Positions 49,500-61,581 are shown, numbered from the stretch's first letter. The stretch: DNA of 64,000 bases from Gammaproteobacteria bacterium (GCA_963422205.2 CAXMWX010000005.1:32001-96000), one strand, 5' to 3'. Program-made: numbers and translations. The notes: generated from the sequence alone by a model not told the origin.

Positions 49500-51914
49500 T
49501 TAATGCGGGCGTATGATGTCATCTTTATTATCGCTGCGAGCCTCTTCCTGCTTGCCCATCTCTTTACCCTTATCGTCTTTTGAACGGGGCTCGGGCATGT
49601 GCTGCAAGGCCAGATCAAGCACCTCGTCGATCCAGCGCACCGGCTTGATATCCAGGTGTTGTTTAATGTTCTTAGGGATCTCGACTAACTCCCGCTCATT
49701 TTCCGCCGGGATCAAGACGATCGCTATGCCCCCGCGCAGGGCGGCCAGTAATTTTTCCTTCAAACCACCGATGGGCAACACTTCGCCGCGCAACGTGATC
49801 TCGCCCGTCATGGCCACATTCGATCTGACCGGAATACCGGTCAATGCGGAGACCATGGCCGTACACATGGCGACACCGGCGCTCGGCCCGTCCTTGGGTG
49901 TGGCCCCTTCCGGCACATGGATATGAAAATCCTGCGTCTTGTAAAAATCATCTTCCAAGCCCAGCACCTTGCTGCGGCTTCTGACCACGGTGCGGGCAGC
50001 TTCAATGGATTCCTTCATGACATCGCCCAGGTGCCCGGTGCGGATAGCCTCGCCTTTACCCGGCACCACGGTGGTCTCAATCGTCAACAGATCACCGCCG
50101 ACCTCCGTCCAGGCCAGCCCGGTGACCTGACCGATACGATCTTCACCTTCAGCCCGGCCATAGCGAAACTTTTTCACGCCAATGAGTTTCTCCAGCTTGG
50201 CCGCCGTGACTGCCAGCCTGCGGGTCGCTTCATTTTGCAGCAATCGGGTCACCACCTTGCGGCAGATGTTGGCAATCTCGCGCTCTAAGTTACGCACCCC
50301 AGCCTCACGGGTATAATAGCGAACCATGTCACGGATGGTGGCCTCATTAATCGTGATCTCTTTTTCTTTTAAGCCATTGCGCTCGATCTGTTTGGGGATA
50401 AGGTATTTCTTTGCGATGTTGACTTTCTCACCTTCGGTATAGCCGGAGATCCGTATCACCTCCATCCGGTCCAGCAGCGGGGCCGGGATGTTCAGACTGT
50501 TGGCGGTTGTCACAAACATCACTTCAGAGAGATCATAATCAACTTCCAGGTAATGATCGGCAAAGGTATTGTTCTGCTCAGGGTCTAACACTTCCAACAG
50601 GGCTGAGGCCGGATCACCGCGAAAATCCATCGCCATCTTGTCCACCTCATCCAGCAGAATAAGCGGATTTTTTGTGCCGACCTTGGCGATGGATTGCAGA
50701 ATTTTGCCGGGCATGGAGCCGATGTAGGTGCGCCGGTGGCCCCTGATCTCGGCCTCATCACGCACCCCCCCCAGTGACATACGCACAAACTTGCGATTGG
50801 TGGCACGGGCGATGGAGCGCCCCAGGGAGGTCTTGCCAACGCCCGGCGGACCGACCAGGCACATGATCGGCCCTTTGAGTTTTTTCACCCGCTGTTGCAC
50901 CGCCAGATACTCGATAATCCGCTCCTTGACCTTCTCCAGGCCGTAATGATCGGCATCCAGAATGCCTTCGGCTTTTTTAATATCACGGGATATCTTGCTG
51001 CGCTTCTTCCACGGCACGCCCACCAGCCAGTCGACATAGTTCCGCACGACCGTGGCCTCGGCCGACATGGGCGACATCATCTTCAACTTGTTCAATTCCG
51101 TTTCGGCTTTTTTCTTTGTCTCCTTGGGCATGCCGGATTTTTCAATCTTCTCGGCCAGCTCTTCCAATTCATTCGGCACATCGTCCATGTCGCCCAGCTC
51201 TTTCTGTATCGCCTTCATCTGCTCATTCAGGTAATACTCGCGCTGGCTTTTTTCCATTTGCGATTTAACCCGACCACGGATACGTTTCTCCACTTGCAGC
51301 AGATCAATCTCCGCTTCCATCAAATCCACCAGATACTCCAGCCGTTGCCGTACTTCTATCAACTCCAGTACGACCTGCTTCTCATCTAAGCTGATGGACA
51401 TGTGGGCGGCGATGGTATCGGCAAGCCGGGAGGCATCGTCAATGCTCGCCAGCGAGGTCAGGATCTCCGGCGGCACTTTTTTATTCAACTTGACATAGTG
51501 TTCAAATTGATTGATGGCGGAACGCCCCATCACATCCATCTCCCGCTCATCCAGTTCTTCGGCTTCCAGCACCTCAACACGGGCGGAGAACATGGCCTGT
51601 GTTTCGGTGAAATCGAGAATGCGTACCCGCTGGCTGCCTTCAACCAACACCTTAATCGTGCCATCGGGCAGTTTTAATAATTGCAGGATATTCGATAATG
51701 TGCCGATGCTGTAAATCTCATCAACGCCGGGATCATCATCGGCGGCGCGCCTTTGCGCCACCAGCAGGATGTGTTTGCTGCCCTCCATGGCCTCATCAAG
51801 TGCCCGGATGGATTTCTCGCGGCCAACGAACAGGGGAATGACCATGTGGGGATAGACCACCACATCACGCAGCGGCAAAACGGGAAAACAAACAGCCCTG
51901 GATTTAGCAGACAT
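49500..51914 (-). CDS. lon: Lon protease
   Basis: [36 protein letters not shown]. Confidence 0.98.
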   Translation of the reverse strand: MSAKSRAVCFPVLPLRDVVVYPHMVIPLFVGREKSIRALDEAMEGSKHILLVAQRRAADDDPGVDEIYSIGTLSNILQLLKLPDGTIKVLVEGSQRVRILDFTETQAMFSARVEVLEAEELDEREMDVMGRSAINQFEHYVKLNKKVPPEILTSLASIDDASRLADTIAAHMSISLDEKQVVLELIEVRQRLEYLVDLMEAEIDLLQVEKRIRGRVKSQMEKSQREYYLNEQMKAIQKELGDMDDVPNELEELAEKIEKSGMPKETKKKAETELNKLKMMSPMSAEATVVRNYVDWLVGVPWKKRSKISRDIKKAEGILDADHYGLEKVKERIIEYLAVQQRVKKLKGPIMCLVGPPGVGKTSLGRSIARATNRKFVRMSLGGVRDEAEIRGHRRTYIGSMPGKILQSIAKVGTKNPLILLDEVDKMAMDFRGDPASALLEVLDPEQNNTFADHYLEVDYDLSEVMFVTTANSLNIPAPLLDRMEVIRISGYTEGEKVNIAKKYLIPKQIERNGLKEKEITINEATIRDMVRYYTREAGVRNLEREIANICRKVVTRLLQNEATRRLAVTAAKLEKLIGVKKFRYGRAEGEDRIGQVTGLAWTEVGGDLLTIETTVVPGKGEAIRTGHLGDVMKESIEAARTVVRSRSKVLGLEDDFYKTQDFHIHVPEGATPKDGPSAGVAMCTAMVSALTGIPVRSNVAMTGEITLRGEVLPIGGLKEKLLAALRGGIAIVLIPAENERELVEIPKNIKQHLDIKPVRWIDEVLDLALQHMPEPRSKDDKGKEMGKQEEARSDNKDDIIRPH

Positions 51915-52006
51915 AACTCACCTTCAAGATAATACCTGTCAATATGAGGCGGAGCGCTCGATATTCAAGTGACCAGTCAACAAGCCGTCGGCAGGTTGCT
52001 GACCGA

Positions 52007-53293
52007 TTACTCTGAGTCCGATGCGGCCTTGGGCATATCCGCCCCTTCAAGTAACATCAGCGGTTTGGAGTCTCCGCTGATCACGCCCTCATCGATCACC
52101 ACCTTGGCAACATCATCCATGGAAGGCAGATCATACATGGTATCGAGCAGGATGTTTTCCAGAATGGAGCGCAGCCCCCGTGCGCCGGTTTTGCGCTGCA
52201 TGGATTTACGCGCAACGCTACGCAGGGCATCTTCCCGAAATTCAATCTCACAGCCTTCCATGTCAAACAACTTGTCATACTGCTTGGTGATGGCATTCTT
52301 TGGCTCTACCAGGATAGTGATCAACTGCTCCTCATCCAGCTCATCGAGTGTCGCCAGCACCGGCAAACGACCGACAAATTCCGGGATAAGCCCGTATTTG
52401 ATTAAATCCTCCGGCTCCACCGAGCCGATAAGCTCGCTCATGCTCCGCTTGTCCTGCTGGCTTTTCACCTCGGCAGAAAAGCCAATCCCGGCATTTTCAG
52501 AACGTGCACAAATGATCTTGTCCAGGCCGGCAAACGCACCGCCGCAAATGAACAGGATGTCCGCCGTGTTGACTTGCAGGCATTCCTGCTGTGGATGTTT
52601 GCGTCCGCCTTGCGGCGGCACCGAGGCAATCGTGCCTTCGATCAGCTTCAACAACGCCTGTTGTACACCCTCGCCGGAGACATCACGGGTGATGGAGGGG
52701 TTATCTGATTTGCGCGAAATCTTGTCTATCTCATCAATATAGACGATACCGGTTTGCGCCTTATCAACATCGTAGTCGCATTTCTGCAATAACTTCTGGA
52801 TGATGTTCTCCACATCCTCGCCGACATAACCGGCCTCGGTCAGGGTGGTGGCATCGGCAATGGTAAAAGGCACATCCAGCAAACGCGCCAGGGTCTCGGC
52901 CAGCAAGGTCTTGCCGCTGCCGGTCGGGCCAATCAGCAACACGTTGCTCTTGGCCAGTTCAACATCGGATCGCTTCAAGCCCTGATCAAGCCGCTTGTAG
53001 TGGTTGTAAACCGCAACGGAGAGGATTTTTTTCGCTTTTTCCTGACCGATCACATACTCATTCAGGCTGGCATTGATTTCATGGGGAGTGGGCAAGGCAC
53101 TGCTCGTACTGGCAGAGGAGTTTTCCTGAATCTCCTCACGGATAATGTCGTTACACAATTCCACACATTCATCACAGATAAATACCGAGGGGCCGGCGAT
53201 CAACTTGCGGACTTCGTGCTGGCTCTTGCCACAGAATGAGCAATACAGAAGCCGATCACCCTCACCTGTTCTGCTGTGCCTGTTATTACTCAT
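52007..53293 (-). CDS. clpX: ATP-dependent Clp protease ATPase ClpX
   Basis: CSFCGKSQ zinc finger, [14 protein letters not shown]. Confidence 0.98.
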   Translation of the reverse strand: MSNNRHSRTGEGDRLLYCSFCGKSQHEVRKLIAGPSVFICDECVELCNDIIREEIQENSSASTSSALPTPHEINASLNEYVIGQEKAKKILSVAVYNHYKRLDQGLKRSDVELAKSNVLLIGPTGSGKTLLAETLARLLDVPFTIADATTLTEAGYVGEDVENIIQKLLQKCDYDVDKAQTGIVYIDEIDKISRKSDNPSITRDVSGEGVQQALLKLIEGTIASVPPQGGRKHPQQECLQVNTADILFICGGAFAGLDKIICARSENAGIGFSAEVKSQQDKRSMSELIGSVEPEDLIKYGLIPEFVGRLPVLATLDELDEEQLITILVEPKNAITKQYDKLFDMEGCEIEFREDALRSVARKSMQRKTGARGLRSILENILLDTMYDLPSMDDVAKVVIDEGVISGDSKPLMLLEGADMPKAASDSE

Positions 53294-53320
53294 ATCCGCC
53301 GCCTTTAAGTGGTTTGCAAG

Positions 53321-53977
53321 TCAGCTGCCCGCCTGATGCAGCGTGCTGTTGTTATCCGCTGCCACCGGGGCGCGCTCGATTAATACCGAATCAATCAGGC
53401 CGTACTCCTGGGCTTCATGGGAACTCATAAAATGATCTCTTTCCGTATCTATGCTTATCTTATCCAAACTCTGGCCGGTATGCAGCATAAGAATTTCATT
53501 TAAGCGCTCTCTGGCTTTGAGGATCTCCCGTGCGTGGATTTCAATATCCGATGCCTGCCCCTGAAAGCCGCCCAGGGGCTGATGAATCATCACCCGTGAA
53601 TGCGGCAGGCTGAAGCGCTTGCCCCCGGCACCACCGGCAAGCAACACCGCCCCCATGCTGGCCGCCTGCCCCACACACATGGTGCTGACATCCGGCTGAA
53701 CAAACTGCATGGTATCGTAAATCGCCAGACCAGCGGTGACCGAACCCCCCGGTGAGTTGATATAAAAATGAATGTCTTTATCGGGGTTTTCCGATTCAAG
53801 ATACAGCAGCTGGGCAACGATCAAATTGGCCACGTTATCCTCAACCGGGCCGACCAGAAACACCACCCTCTCCTTTAACAAACGAGAATAAATATCGTAG
53901 GCACGTTCCCCCCTGGAGGACTGCTCAACCACCATAGGCACCAGGTTCAGTGCCCTCATATCACGTTGTTGACTCAT
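53321..53977 (-). CDS. clpP: Clp protease proteolytic subunit
   Basis: [23 protein letters not shown]. Confidence 0.98.
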   Translation of the reverse strand: MSQQRDMRALNLVPMVVEQSSRGERAYDIYSRLLKERVVFLVGPVEDNVANLIVAQLLYLESENPDKDIHFYINSPGGSVTAGLAIYDTMQFVQPDVSTMCVGQAASMGAVLLAGGAGGKRFSLPHSRVMIHQPLGGFQGQASDIEIHAREILKARERLNEILMLHTGQSLDKISIDTERDHFMSSHEAQEYGLIDSVLIERAPVAADNNSTLHQAGS

Positions 53978-53998
53978 GATTTACGGTATCGGTTTGTA

Positions 53999-55333
53999 TC
54001 AACCATCGGCATCGACAGGTTCAGTCTGCCTGTTATTCACTATCTCGTCAAACGAGAGCGGCCTCTCCGTGACCCGGGCGTGGGTCAGTAACCATTCAAC
54101 CACCGCATCTTCAAGGACGATGGCCTTGACCTCGGCCAGCCTTTTCTCATCACTGTAATACCAGTTGATCACCGCCGAGGAGTCTTCATAATTGGCCGCA
54201 TTTTGTTCAATCAGCGTGCGGACTGCCTCCGGCCTGGCCTGCAAGGCATTCGCAGCGATGATCTCACCTGCCAGCAGTTGCAGGGCGACTCGCTTGCGTG
54301 CCTGTGGCTCAAACAGGGTCGGCTCAGACAGTTTTTCTATCTCATGGACGGGCAGCCCCTGTGCCTTGAGCTTATCACTGAACTGCTGCTGCATCCGCTG
54401 GATTTCCGCCTCCACCAGGGCATTCGGCAGCGGCATCTCATTGGCCTCATACAGGCTGTCCATGGCCGCATCACGGGTCTTGTTACGCAGCGCTGTGTCC
54501 AGCTCTTTCTGCATTTGCTGGCGGATTGCCTTGCGGAATGCCGGCTCGCCGCCGGTATTGACACCAACAGTCTGGAAAAACTGATCATTTAACTCCGGCT
54601 TCACCAACTCTGAGACCGCATTGACCTTGATCTCAAAATGCACCGGCTTACCAGCGAGTTGCGGCTCATGATAGGGTTCGGGAAAACGGAGATCCAGGCC
54701 CACCTCATCCCCCGCCTGTTTGCCGATCAGGCCATCTTCCATGCCCTCCAGCAGGCGTTTGCTGCCCAACTCCAGCACCATGCCCTCAGCCGTGCCGCCA
54801 GCAAAGTCCTCACCTGCAACGGTGCCATGAAAATCAATATTCACGACATCGCCCCGGGCGGCGACACGTTCAACCTCTCGTGCTGTTCGATGCTGCTGTC
54901 TAAGGTTCTCGATCATCTGGTCAATGTCAGCAGCCTGAATTTCACAGACGGGTTTTTCTATCGATAACCCGGCGACCGGTTGCAACGTCACATTTGGCAT
55001 GATTTCAAATGTCGCCGTGTAGGCCAGGCCCTGGCCTCGGCGATCTTCCAGCGGTGCTATCGTTGGACGGCCGGCCAATTTCAATTTCTCCCGGCTAACC
55101 GCCTCATAAAACGAAGACTGCACGAGTTGCCCGATCACCTCTTGCCGCACCTGTGTGGCATAACGTTGCCGGATGATCTTCAACGGCACCCTCCCCGGAC
55201 GAAAGCCCTGCACCCGAGTGGTTTTGGTCATGGATTTAAGGCGTGAGTCCAACTCGGTGGCGATCTGCTGCTCCGGCACGACAACTTTCATGATGCGCTG
55301 AAAGGGGCCTTCAGTTTCCACTGATATCTGCAT
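53999..55333 (-). CDS. tig: Trigger factor
   Basis: GFRPGRVP ribosome-binding motif, FKBP domain. Confidence 0.97.
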   Translation of the reverse strand: MQISVETEGPFQRIMKVVVPEQQIATELDSRLKSMTKTTRVQGFRPGRVPLKIIRQRYATQVRQEVIGQLVQSSFYEAVSREKLKLAGRPTIAPLEDRRGQGLAYTATFEIMPNVTLQPVAGLSIEKPVCEIQAADIDQMIENLRQQHRTAREVERVAARGDVVNIDFHGTVAGEDFAGGTAEGMVLELGSKRLLEGMEDGLIGKQAGDEVGLDLRFPEPYHEPQLAGKPVHFEIKVNAVSELVKPELNDQFFQTVGVNTGGEPAFRKAIRQQMQKELDTALRNKTRDAAMDSLYEANEMPLPNALVEAEIQRMQQQFSDKLKAQGLPVHEIEKLSEPTLFEPQARKRVALQLLAGEIIAANALQARPEAVRTLIEQNAANYEDSSAVINWYYSDEKRLAEVKAIVLEDAVVEWLLTHARVTERPLSFDEIVNNRQTEPVDADG

Positions 55334-55386
55334 GTATGTTTATCCTGCTATAAAAATATTATTATATTCAAACGGTTAAATAGACA

Positions 55387-55471
<85 letters not shown>

Positions 55472-55821
55472 TTTTCTGCTGGCGGCCTCACGCTTTACCC
55501 ATCGCAAAACGCCCGCATATACGGCTGTGCCGGGTGCTTATAAGGATCACTGCACGAAAGAATACCGGGTCGGACAGAGTAAAGAATCGTGGCAAAAAAA
55601 CAAACACTAAATTAGGCAAACACCCACCATGTCAGCATGGCATTCGCTCAAGCAGGGCCTGGCAGGGCATTGAACTGAAGCGGCGGATTGCGGGAAATTG
55701 GCGGAAAGCTGGCTTATGTCGAGATGAGGGCTGCCTGGGGCGGGGAGACAACGCTGGCGATCACTGTGGTGCTTTTGCCGTATTCAGCCAGGGGGTATTC
55801 AGGTGACAGAGTCGACTGGCC

Positions 55822-56229
55822 TTAGAAACATTCCTCAACAAAATTTTTGCAGGCACGGCGACATTTTTTTGTCGTCCCGCCAGTCCCTCGATTGATAAAG
55901 ATACATTCCTCTCCCCAACGACCACAAACAGTCATGCATTGTTTTTTTGCTTTATCCTGGCGGTCTTTACCCAGGGCGGCTGGCAACACCAGCGTACCGG
56001 ATTCAATCTGCTGATAAGGCGGCTCGGCATCAGGCCCGCTATCGGCCTCGCTATCAACTTGGGCATACAAAACAGCCGCATTCCTGTCCATCACGTGGGG
56101 ATACGGCGTATTTTGTTGTAAAGACGGGACAGCGGTGGCCGCCTGATGAACCAGCAGCAGGACGCATAATGCGATGCTCATCTTGTTTGCAGGCATGTAT
56201 TTTTGACTTACCATGTTGAAAAAGTTCAA
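55822..56229 (-). CDS. Hypothetical exported protein with a six-cysteine C-terminal module
   Basis: Hydrophobic signal-like segment; CMTVCGRWGEEC...CRRACKNFVEECF; start uncertain. Confidence 0.6.
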   Translation of the reverse strand: MNFFNMVSQKYMPANKMSIALCVLLLVHQAATAVPSLQQNTPYPHVMDRNAAVLYAQVDSEADSGPDAEPPYQQIESGTLVLPAALGKDRQDKAKKQCMTVCGRWGEECIFINRGTGGTTKKCRRACKNFVEECF

Positions 56230-56510
56230 TAATCTGCGACACCGGTCTGTGTCATATAAAGCGCTGTGCGGCAGGGATCAGGCCGTTATGTGTGGTATAA
56301 AAACCTCATGCAAACCCGGCGGGTTTGGCTATACTTGGCAATGAGTGATGACACGTAAAGATACCACCATTCGTGGTATACGCCCCCGTGAGCGCGCAAC
56401 GGGCGGCGTACTTAAAGCAACTCGCAAACACACAAGCGATACCCAATCGGTTGCCTGAAAGAAAGCCAGGGGCTTATGCCTCCTCCGCTGGCATTACCAC
56501 CGCCCGGACT

Positions 56511-56549
56511 GCTGCTGATAGACGCTGCTGATAGACCCTGCCGATAGAC
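56511..56549. repeat. 13-bp tandem repeat, three copies
   Basis: GCTGCTGATAGAC GCTGCTGATAGAC CCTGCCGATAGAC. Confidence 0.75.
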
Positions 56550-56642
56550 CTGGAGCGGTTGATTTGTGCTTTATCACTTTCATACCTTGACAGATTGCCG
56601 CCGTTTCTGTCTCATGAAGCCCGGTCATAAAACACGATCTGC

Positions 56643-57458
56643 ATGCTGAACATTCGCCTCCTCGCCCTCATCATCTGCCTGTGTGGTGGTGCATCATTAC
56701 AGGCCGCCATCATCTATGAATGGGCGGATGATTTTAGCCCGCGCGAAAAAAGCAAACTCACTGACTGGATGGAGACAACCGCCAATGGCCTGTTTGCCCT
56801 GACCGGCGAGTTACCGTTCGATATACACGTGCGTTTTCACCGCAGCCATGCAAACAAAGAGCCCGTCCCCTGGGCGCACACGGTGCGGGGGAAGCGGCAG
56901 GGCGTGAACTTTCATGTCAATCCGAATTTCAGCTTGCAGGTGCTGCTGGCTGACTGGACGGCAGCACACGAGTTAAGTCATCTGGTGCTGTACTATCTTG
57001 GCAGGCAAAATGCCTGGTTTGCCGAGGGCTTTGCCAGCTACATGCAGTTTCAGGTCATGCACAAAATGGGCGTACTCAGCCGGGATGAGATGATCGACAG
57101 CTATCGCCAGCGCATGGCAAAGGCCCGCCGTGATTATGACATGCCGCACTTGAGCTTTGCCCGGGCGGCACCGATACTGCGCTCATCCGCCCGTTATCCG
57201 ACCATGTACTGGGGCGGGGCAGTTTATTTTCTGCGGGTTGACAGCGCATTACGGGATAACACAGGCCGCACGCTGGCCGATGTGTTAAGGGCATTCGTGG
57301 ATTGCTGCCGCATGGATATTCAGCCCTACCCGGGTTTGATCAACACGCTGGATGCAATCGCCGATAGCACGATCTTCAAACAGCAATATGAGCGCTTCAG
57401 CGCCCAGGCTGGCCTGCCGGACTATGAACAGGCACTGGAGAATATCGGCAGCAGATAA
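56643..57458 (+). CDS. Exported gluzincin-type metallopeptidase-like protein
   Basis: Signal peptide; AHELSH (HExxH) followed by WFAEGFASY; YWGGA. Confidence 0.75.
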   Translation: MLNIRLLALIICLCGGASLQAAIIYEWADDFSPREKSKLTDWMETTANGLFALTGELPFDIHVRFHRSHANKEPVPWAHTVRGKRQGVNFHVNPNFSLQVLLADWTAAHELSHLVLYYLGRQNAWFAEGFASYMQFQVMHKMGVLSRDEMIDSYRQRMAKARRDYDMPHLSFARAAPILRSSARYPTMYWGGAVYFLRVDSALRDNTGRTLADVLRAFVDCCRMDIQPYPGLINTLDAIADSTIFKQQYERFSAQAGLPDYEQALENIGSR

Positions 57459-57535
57459 GGCCGTACACACCCCGTATTGTCGGCAGCTGGGTTGTCGCTG
57501 TTTTTTTTGATGATGCGCTTTAACCGGAAATCGGG

Positions 57536-58093
57536 ATGAAAATACTGCATGCTCTCTGCCTGCTGTTCGGATTGTCATTGCCTGTGTGCGGTGCTGATCT
57601 GATCCTCATCTGAATCCAGCCTGGGGCCCTTATCCCTGTCAGAGAAGACGCCAGTCTCGGCACAGTCCCTGGCAAGCCTGTTTCCAGCAGTCAAAATAAC
57701 GCATCAAATCCGGGGCAGTGATGGTTCGAACCTGCATTATTTTGAAATCATCTCTGATGAGTGGCGGCGTGTTGTTCACTATCTCATCTTTTATTCATGA
57801 TAACAGGCAACAGGAGGTGACCACAGTCGCCATGGATTTTCGGCGTCTCTGTCGGTCAGTCTCTGGCGGATGTGTTGCATAAAAGGGGCGAAGATGCGGT
57901 GTTTGGCGCAGCACATCACGATAATTTTGTCGGTGCGGGGAGGATCTGGTAGGCGCTTTCCATGCAGGAATACAAGGCGATGCAGAAGTACCGAGGCCCT
58001 GCTGATATTGCCCCGACCCGCATCACCTGGGCGGAGGCGAAGCGCACCGACCCCAGGGTAACGACCATTTCCTGGCCCTGTCAAAGATGGTAA
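57536..58093 (+). pseudogene. Decayed exported-protein gene (loosely DUF1131/YfeY-like)
   Basis: MKILHALCLLFGLSLPVCGA signal peptide, then fragments across frameshifts SLGPLSL...LFP...YFEI / GGVLFTI / FGVSVGQSLADV...GRIW*...VTTISWP. Confidence 0.4.
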
Positions 58094-58218
58094 GGCACGA
58101 GAGAGCCAGCCATCTGGACGGACATCCAGCAGGCTTGAGGGCAGTGACATGCCCCCTTGATCATCGCTTCAATTTTCCTGGTTTACCCGGAAAGCCAACC
58201 CCGCATGAGAAATGGCGA

Positions 58219-59253
58219 TCAGTTCGGTGCCTCCGCCGCCTCGGTGGCTGTGGTGGTGGCCGCTGGCAGTGTCTTGCGGCGTATCTTCGTCTCAATCTCA
58301 GCGGCAACCGCCGGATGAGCAAGCAGGTGCTTCCTGACATTGTCCTTGCCCTGACCAATGCGCTCGCCCTCATAGCTGTACCAGGCGCCGGTCTTGCCGA
58401 TAATATCGTGCTTCACGCCTAAGGTAATCAACTCGCCCTCACGGGAAATGCCAGCACCATAGAGTATCTCAAATAACACCTCCTTGAACGGCGGGGCTAC
58501 CTTGTTCTTGACTATCTTCACACGGGTCTCGTTGCCAATCACCTCATCGCTCTGCTTGATCGCACTGCCACGGCGTATCTCCAGCCGCACCGACGCATAA
58601 AACTTCAAGGCATTGCCGCCCGTGGTCGTCTCCGGATTGCCAAACATCACGCCAATCCTCATCCGAATCTGGTTGATGAATATCACCAGCGTGTTGGAGC
58701 GCTTGATGTTAGCGGTCAGCTTACGCAGGGCCTGGGACATCAGACGGGCATGCAAGCCCATGTGGCTGTCGCCCATATCTCCCTCAATCTCAGCCTTCGG
58801 CGTCAAGGCCGCTACCGAGTCAATAATCACCAACTCCACCGCACTGGAGCGCACCAGCATATCGGTGATCTCCAATGCCTGCTCGCCAGTATCGGGCTGG
58901 GAGACCAGCAAATCGGCTATCTGCACGCCGAGCTTCTCAGCATACTGTGAATCCAGCGCATGTTCGGCATCAATGAACGCCGCTGTGCCGCCCGCCTTCT
59001 GTATCTCGGCGGCCACATGCAGCGCCAGGGTGGTCTTGCCGGAGGACTCCGGGCCGTATATCTCCACCACCCGCCCACGGGGCAGACCGCCGATGCCCAA
59101 ACCAATATCCAGACCCAGCGAGCCGGTCGCCACCGCACTCACATCATGGTTCACGCTGCCATCGCCCAGGCGCATCACCGAGCCCTTGCCGAATTGCTTC
59201 TCTATCTGGCCGAGCGCTATGTCCAGGGCTTGTCGCTTCTTCTCATCCATCAA
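58219..59253 (-). CDS. recA: Recombinase RecA
   Basis: [37 protein letters not shown]. Confidence 0.99.
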   Translation of the reverse strand: MMDEKKRQALDIALGQIEKQFGKGSVMRLGDGSVNHDVSAVATGSLGLDIGLGIGGLPRGRVVEIYGPESSGKTTLALHVAAEIQKAGGTAAFIDAEHALDSQYAEKLGVQIADLLVSQPDTGEQALEITDMLVRSSAVELVIIDSVAALTPKAEIEGDMGDSHMGLHARLMSQALRKLTANIKRSNTLVIFINQIRMRIGVMFGNPETTTGGNALKFYASVRLEIRRGSAIKQSDEVIGNETRVKIVKNKVAPPFKEVLFEILYGAGISREGELITLGVKHDIIGKTGAWYSYEGERIGQGKDNVRKHLLAHPAVAAEIETKIRRKTLPAATTTATEAAEAPN

Positions 59254-59381
59254 TGCCGCCTCATTCGCTGTACTTCAATACCCGAATTATCCCATATTCC
59301 ACGACCGATAACAGGTGGCAGTTTTATCGTCTCCCGGCTTCGCTGTGTCTGATAAACCCGGGCGGTGGGGTGGGCGTATCA

Positions 59382-59897
59382 TCATTCAGCCGCCGCATCG
59401 GTTGCCCGTATAAAACGCAGCAGGCCAGTGAGTGCATGGGCGATTGCCTGCTCCCTTACCGCTGCACGACTGCCGGTGAACAGCCGGGTTTGGGCAGCTA
59501 TTCGGCCCGGTCGGTCAGCCCAGGCAAAACATACCGTCCCCACAGGCTTGGCCGGGCTGCCGCCTGTTGGCCCGGCAATCCCCGTGACCGACAGGCTGTA
59601 ATCGGCCTGGCTGCTCTGCAAGGCGCCTTCGGCCATCGCCCGGGCGGTTGGCTCACTGACTGCGCCGTAGCGGGCCACAGTCGCCACCGGCACGTGCAGG
59701 TGCTGGTGCTTGGCCGCATTGGTATAGGTGATAAAACCGCCCTCCAGCCAGGCTGAACTGCCCGCCAGATCGGTCAACACAAAACCAATACCCCCACCCG
59801 TACAGGACTCCGCCGTGATCAGGGTGTGTTGCCGTTCAAGCAGTATCCCGGCCACCTGTTGTACCAGGTGCCGGAGCATCGCTGGGTCGTTGATCAT
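59382..59897 (-). CDS. pncC: CinA C-terminal domain / NMN deamidase
   Basis: TAESCTGG, GSS, YTNAAK, GAVS, TGIAGP.GG..KPVGTV; upstream of recA. Confidence 0.9.
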   Translation of the reverse strand: MINDPAMLRHLVQQVAGILLERQHTLITAESCTGGGIGFVLTDLAGSSAWLEGGFITYTNAAKHQHLHVPVATVARYGAVSEPTARAMAEGALQSSQADYSLSVTGIAGPTGGSPAKPVGTVCFAWADRPGRIAAQTRLFTGSRAAVREQAIAHALTGLLRFIRATDAAAE

Positions 59898-59907
59898 CGT
59901 CTTTGGT

Positions 59908-60348
59908 TTAGCGTCTTTGCTGGAAAAATTCACTGAGCAGACGGCCACACTCCTCGGCCAACAGGCCGGCCGTCACCGCTGGTGTGTGGTTTAGCTGCCC
60001 TGACTGCAACATGCGCCCGGCGGCACCGCCCCCCGGATCAGCCGCCCCATAGACCACCCGGGCAATTCGGGCATGGATGATGGCACCGGCACACATCAGG
60101 CAAGGCTCCAGCGTGACATACAGCGTGGTGCCTGTCAGGCGGTAATTGTGCAACTGCCGCCCGGCTTCACGGATGGCCATGATCTCCGCATGGGCGGTTG
60201 CATCATGGTTCGCTATCGGCTGATTAAAACCCTTGGCTACGATCTTATCGTCCAGGGTGATGATGGCACCTACCGGCACCTCAGCCTCGCCTGCCGCCTG
60301 CCGGGCCAGACGCAAGGCCTCGCGCATCGCTGTCTCATCGGTCAGCAT
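59908..60348 (-). CDS. tadA: tRNA adenosine(34) deaminase
   Basis: EVPVGA, HAE, LEPCLMCAGA, FFQQRR. Confidence 0.93.
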   Translation of the reverse strand: MLTDETAMREALRLARQAAGEAEVPVGAIITLDDKIVAKGFNQPIANHDATAHAEIMAIREAGRQLHNYRLTGTTLYVTLEPCLMCAGAIIHARIARVVYGAADPGGGAAGRMLQSGQLNHTPAVTAGLLAEECGRLLSEFFQQRR

Positions 60349-60353
60349 GCTGT

Positions 60354-60860
60354 CTATACAGCCAGCACCAACGTGATACAGGGCATGGTTTGCTTGCGGG
60401 AACAAGAGTAAATTTCATCCTCGCCGATTATGATAAAGCCGAGCTTCTCCAGCACCCGGGCGGAGTGCTCATTGCCCTTGATACAGGTTGCTGTCAACCG
60501 ATGGGGATGCTGCGTCTGGATCGCCTGGTTGAGCAACCCTCTGGCGGCCTCGGTTGCATAGCCTTTTCGCCAGTAGGCCCTGCCCAGCCAATAGCCGAGT
60601 TCGTATTCATCAACATCGCTATCGAGGGTTAAACCCACACCGCCAATCAAAGTATTGTTATGAAATATATTCAGGTTTAACGCCGATTCGCTGGCCGTCT
60701 GCAACCAGTCATCGGCATCGCTGAGCGTGTAAGGATAAGGCACACGGGACAGCCATTTGGCCACCTCCCAGTCGCCGATGGCAGAGACCAGCGCCTGCCT
60801 GTCATGCCGCCCCGGCTTTTTCAATACCAATCGCGCTGTCCTGATCTCGCACATGCTCAA
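60354..60860 (-). CDS. GNAT acetyltransferase, RimJ/RimL family
   Basis: TARLVL, ELGYWLGRAYWRKGYATEA, N.HSARVLEKLGF. Confidence 0.9.
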   Translation of the reverse strand: MSMCEIRTARLVLKKPGRHDRQALVSAIGDWEVAKWLSRVPYPYTLSDADDWLQTASESALNLNIFHNNTLIGGVGLTLDSDVDEYELGYWLGRAYWRKGYATEAARGLLNQAIQTQHPHRLTATCIKGNEHSARVLEKLGFIIIGEDEIYSCSRKQTMPCITLVLAV

Positions 60861-60978
60861 TTAATACGCATCTTAAACCCCTGATACCACCAGGCAGGAT
60901 AAAAACTGCCGGGGCAAAGTCAATGCCGGATCTTTTTCTGCTCGACAAAGAAGGCAGCCCTGTAATACCCTACCCCCT

Positions 60979-61581
60979 ATGGGTATAAGAATAGTCGGTG
61001 TGATAATATGCTTGCTCTCATGGGGTGCTGAGGCAAGGCCCGTATCGTATTCGGGCGGTTCAACGTTGATGGCATTTTCAGATAATATGAAAAATTCCAT
61101 CTACTTCCACTACTCTCCCACATACAAATACGCATTAGGCATTGAGGGTCTGCAAGACAAGTATTTCGGGAAAGACTATGCCTATTTCAGATTCACCTGC
61201 TTGTTGGACAGAAAGAACACGCAACACGCCCAACGCAATCTGTATTTTCAGTCCGGCATAAGCTCTGAGGGATTAGGGCATCATTTCTATGGCGTCCATG
61301 GCGATTGGGAGACCAGGAGATGGTTTGCTGGTTTTGGTTATAAAAAGGTAATGAATGATGAGGAGAATTATGCTGATCACACGGTGCAACTGGGAGTAGC
61401 GCCCTACCTGGGTGATTATGGTGACTTGCATTCGTGGATCATGCTCAAGGCCAGGAGAAACACCCTGCTGGAAGGTTGGTCTGTATATCCCGTGCTTAAA
61501 TTTTTTAAGGGCGATTTTCTCGTTGAGTTTGGTTACAACGACAAGACGGCATGGGATGTCCATCTCATGTATCGATTTTAA
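60979..61581 (+). CDS. Exported, probably outer-membrane beta-rich hypothetical protein heading a metal operon
   Basis: Signal peptide, aromatic-rich beta pattern, C-terminal YRF. Confidence 0.7.
   Translation: MGIRIVGVIICLLSWGAEARPVSYSGGSTLMAFSDNMKNSIYFHYSPTYKYALGIEGLQDKYFGKDYAYFRFTCLLDRKNTQHAQRNLYFQSGISSEGLGHHFYGVHGDWETRRWFAGFGYKKVMNDEENYADHTVQLGVAPYLGDYGDLHSWIMLKARRNTLLEGWSVYPVLKFFKGDFLVEFGYNDKTAWDVHLMYRF

Noticed and set aside
48841-49503. 220-aa ORF and other long antisense ORFs (e.g. 51969..52742, 58613..59311, 34556..35326)
   Set aside because: Shadows of tRNAs, hupB, clpX, recA and the TonB receptor
59268-59283. LexA box upstream of recA
   Set aside because: CTGT-N8-ACCC matches only half of the CTGT-N8-ACAG consensus
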